Source: Gemmatimonadota bacterium (GTDB lineage Bacteria; Gemmatimonadota; Gemmatimonadetes; Gemmatimonadales; GWC2-71-9). Taken from it: a stretch of DNA of 17,973 bases. The translations under genes were made by a program, and so were the position numbers. This document shows, piece by piece, positions 16,352 to 17,973 of this stretch. The notes under the pieces are model-generated. The model was not told the DNA's origin, ran no database searches, and worked only from the letters and a program-made list of their open reading frames with translations. The stretch covers positions 1 to 17,973 of the forward strand of contig QHTZ01000039.1 in NCBI GenBank assembly GCA_003221005.1. Direction: 5' to 3'. Within the stretch, counting starts at the first letter, position 1. Each line of letters opens with the position of its first letter.

Positions 16352-16921
16352 ATGCGCCTGCTTCCGGCGTGCTGTACCGGGCTCGTCACCGCGCTGCTGC
16401 TGCCGGCGCTGGGTCACGCCCAGGCTGCGATGATGACTGACGCGCAGTTCATCCAAGCCGCCCAGGGGGGCGCGCCCGCCGCGATCTCCGCGAAGGCTGC
16501 GATCGTCCGGATCGATGCGGCGAAAAAAATGACCATGGAAGTGCGGCCGGGTTCCAACGGGTTCACCTGCTCGATCATCCCCGATGAATCGAAAGCCCCG
16601 TTCTGCGGTGACAAGAACGCCTGGGCCTGGTTCGCCGCGGCGTTCACCGGCCAGCCGAAGCCCCCCAATACAGAGCCGGGAATCTCGTACATGGCGCAGG
16701 GCGGCATCCACTACGAGACCGCCACCGGCGACATCGTGATGGCGCCCGGGGCCGGCACGAAGAACGTCGCGGAGCCTCCGCACTGGATGCTGATGTGGGC
16801 CTTCGATCCCGCGGCGAGCGGCCTTCCCACCAAGCCGAACGCGAGCGGCGTGTACATCATGTTTGCTGGGACACCGTTCGCGCACCTCATGATCTACCAG
16901 AATCCGGCGACCATGAAGTAG
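16352..16921 (+). CDS. Secreted hypothetical protein, 189 aa
   Basis: GAGGAGG RBS and ATG 16352. Signal peptide ending GHA/AQA. Motif-like segments GSNGFTC, PFCGD, GISYMAQGG, PPHWM and GTPFAHLMI. Confidence 0.85.
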   Translation: MRLLPACCTGLVTALLLPALGHAQAAMMTDAQFIQAAQGGAPAAISAKAAIVRIDAAKKMTMEVRPGSNGFTCSIIPDESKAPFCGDKNAWAWFAAAFTGQPKPPNTEPGISYMAQGGIHYETATGDIVMAPGAGTKNVAEPPHWMLMWAFDPAASGLPTKPNASGVYIMFAGTPFAHLMIYQNPATMK

Positions 16922-16977
16922 GGCGGATGGGGGTTGGGCGGTTGGTTGTCTCGGTGCGTGCCAACCGCCTCCCCGCC
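16922..16977. terminator. Hairpin between convergent genes (possible terminator or 3' stabiliser)
   Basis: GGCGGTTGG (16937-16945) pairs with CCAACCGCC (16961-16969), with outer GGCGG/CCGCC. No U tract. Confidence 0.35.
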
Positions 16978-16992
16978 GAACCATGTGACCGC

Positions 16993-17973
16993 TCAGGGCG
17001 GCGGGACCCGGACCCGCTCCGGCACCACGATACTCCAGAGCTGTCTGGTCCAGAGCCTCTTGCCGCTCTTGGCATCCGTCGCGGTGAGCGTGGCGGTCGC
17101 AGCGTATGACAGCGTGAACTTGCGACCACCCAGGACTGCAGCGAACGGGTACGGCGGGTTCGAGATGGGTTTCGCCTCCTCCACACGCTTGATGGGAGCG
17201 AGGGAAACGGCCCCGCTTGTAAGGTCGACATCTCCACGTCCGGAGGTCGTGTACGGTCTTATGGTAGCTCCGCCCGGCCAGCCGTTGATGAGTATGTCCC
17301 AGCTGAGGCGGGCTCGGTCGCCCTCGATGCGCACGTCGGTCGTGAGGGGGTCACCCCAGGGTGCGAGCGTGGGGCGGCCCCAACCCCAATCGGGGATCGG
17401 GATGGGCTGGGAGGTCGCCACCTCGGCGCCGCTCACCGGATCGATCTGGGCCATTTGGAACACGCTCGCGAGCGTGTCGCGTTGCTCGAGGACAATGACT
17501 CGACCGTTCCAGATCCCTACCGGCCTTGCTGGGCTCTGCGTGCGCCACTTAACGGTCCCATCGGCGAGGGCCAGTGCCATAGTCGCGCCGGCGTCGGTTT
17601 GGACGTAGGCCACCTGGGCAACTGGATCCGCCACGCCCGCCGGGAATGGGCCGAATGGCACTTCGGGCACCGGGGCGGACGCCCGCGCAGCCCAACCCTG
17701 CGCCGGTCCCCCGCCCCGCATGACCCAGCCGGTAGCGGCGAGCTGCGGCCCGCCCGGAATGGTGTACGCACCCACGCTCCGGTGGTACGCGACTACCAAG
17801 TCCCCGTGTACGAGTCCGGCGACGTAGCCGCGTTGGTCGACCGGGAGCTCGCACAGTGGAGTCAGCTTGCCGTCGGGGGAGATGCGCCCCACGCGCTGGT
17901 TCTCCACGAAGAGCACGGAGCCGTCACTCAGCAACAGGAGGTGCTCCCACGTCAGCCCCACAGGGTGCGAGAA
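16993..17973 (-). CDS. Hypothetical beta-propeller-like (PQQ/BamB-like repeat) protein, probably 5'-truncated by the window edge
   Basis: Frame stays open to 17973. Repeats ALALADGTVKWRT, QIDPVSGAEV, VDLTSGAV and ATDAKSGKRLWT. Confidence 0.7.
   Translation of the reverse strand, partial: FSHPVGLTWEHLLLLSDGSVLFVENQRVGRISPDGKLTPLCELPVDQRGYVAGLVHGDLVVAYHRSVGAYTIPGGPQLAATGWVMRGGGPAQGWAARASAPVPEVPFGPFPAGVADPVAQVAYVQTDAGATMALALADGTVKWRTQSPARPVGIWNGRVIVLEQRDTLASVFQMAQIDPVSGAEVATSQPIPIPDWGWGRPTLAPWGDPLTTDVRIEGDRARLSWDILINGWPGGATIRPYTTSGRGDVDLTSGAVSLAPIKRVEEAKPISNPPYPFAAVLGGRKFTLSYAATATLTATDAKSGKRLWTRQLWSIVVPERVRVPPP

Overview
GC-rich bacterial window of mostly housekeeping and accessory genes. I found no rRNA, tRNA, CRISPR array or transposase. 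Gene order: CPXCG Cys-rich protein (-), AI-2E transporter (+), APC amino-acid permease (-), IorA/IorB-like molybdenum oxidoreductase pair (+), zincin/PD40/Omp85 outer-membrane protein (+), SDR (-), aceA (+), a broken S8 lipoprotein peptidase (-), a 6-Cys small protein, a tandem-domain protein and PilT (+), type I-beta DAHP synthase (-), a secreted hypothetical (+), and a truncated beta-propeller-like protein (-). The best finding is absent from the ORF track: an apparently complete ribosome-mediated transcription attenuator upstream of DAHP synthase. A TTGACA-N17-TAGGCT promoter predicts a leaderless transcript starting at the ATG of a 28-aa leader peptide (MQRTSYYFAFWF...) whose clustered Tyr, Phe and Trp codons cover all three aromatic end products. 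Mutually exclusive protector, antiterminator and terminator helices follow. Other points: two more candidate uORFs, an internal deletion in the S8 gene, and long degenerate palindromes in intergenic regions.
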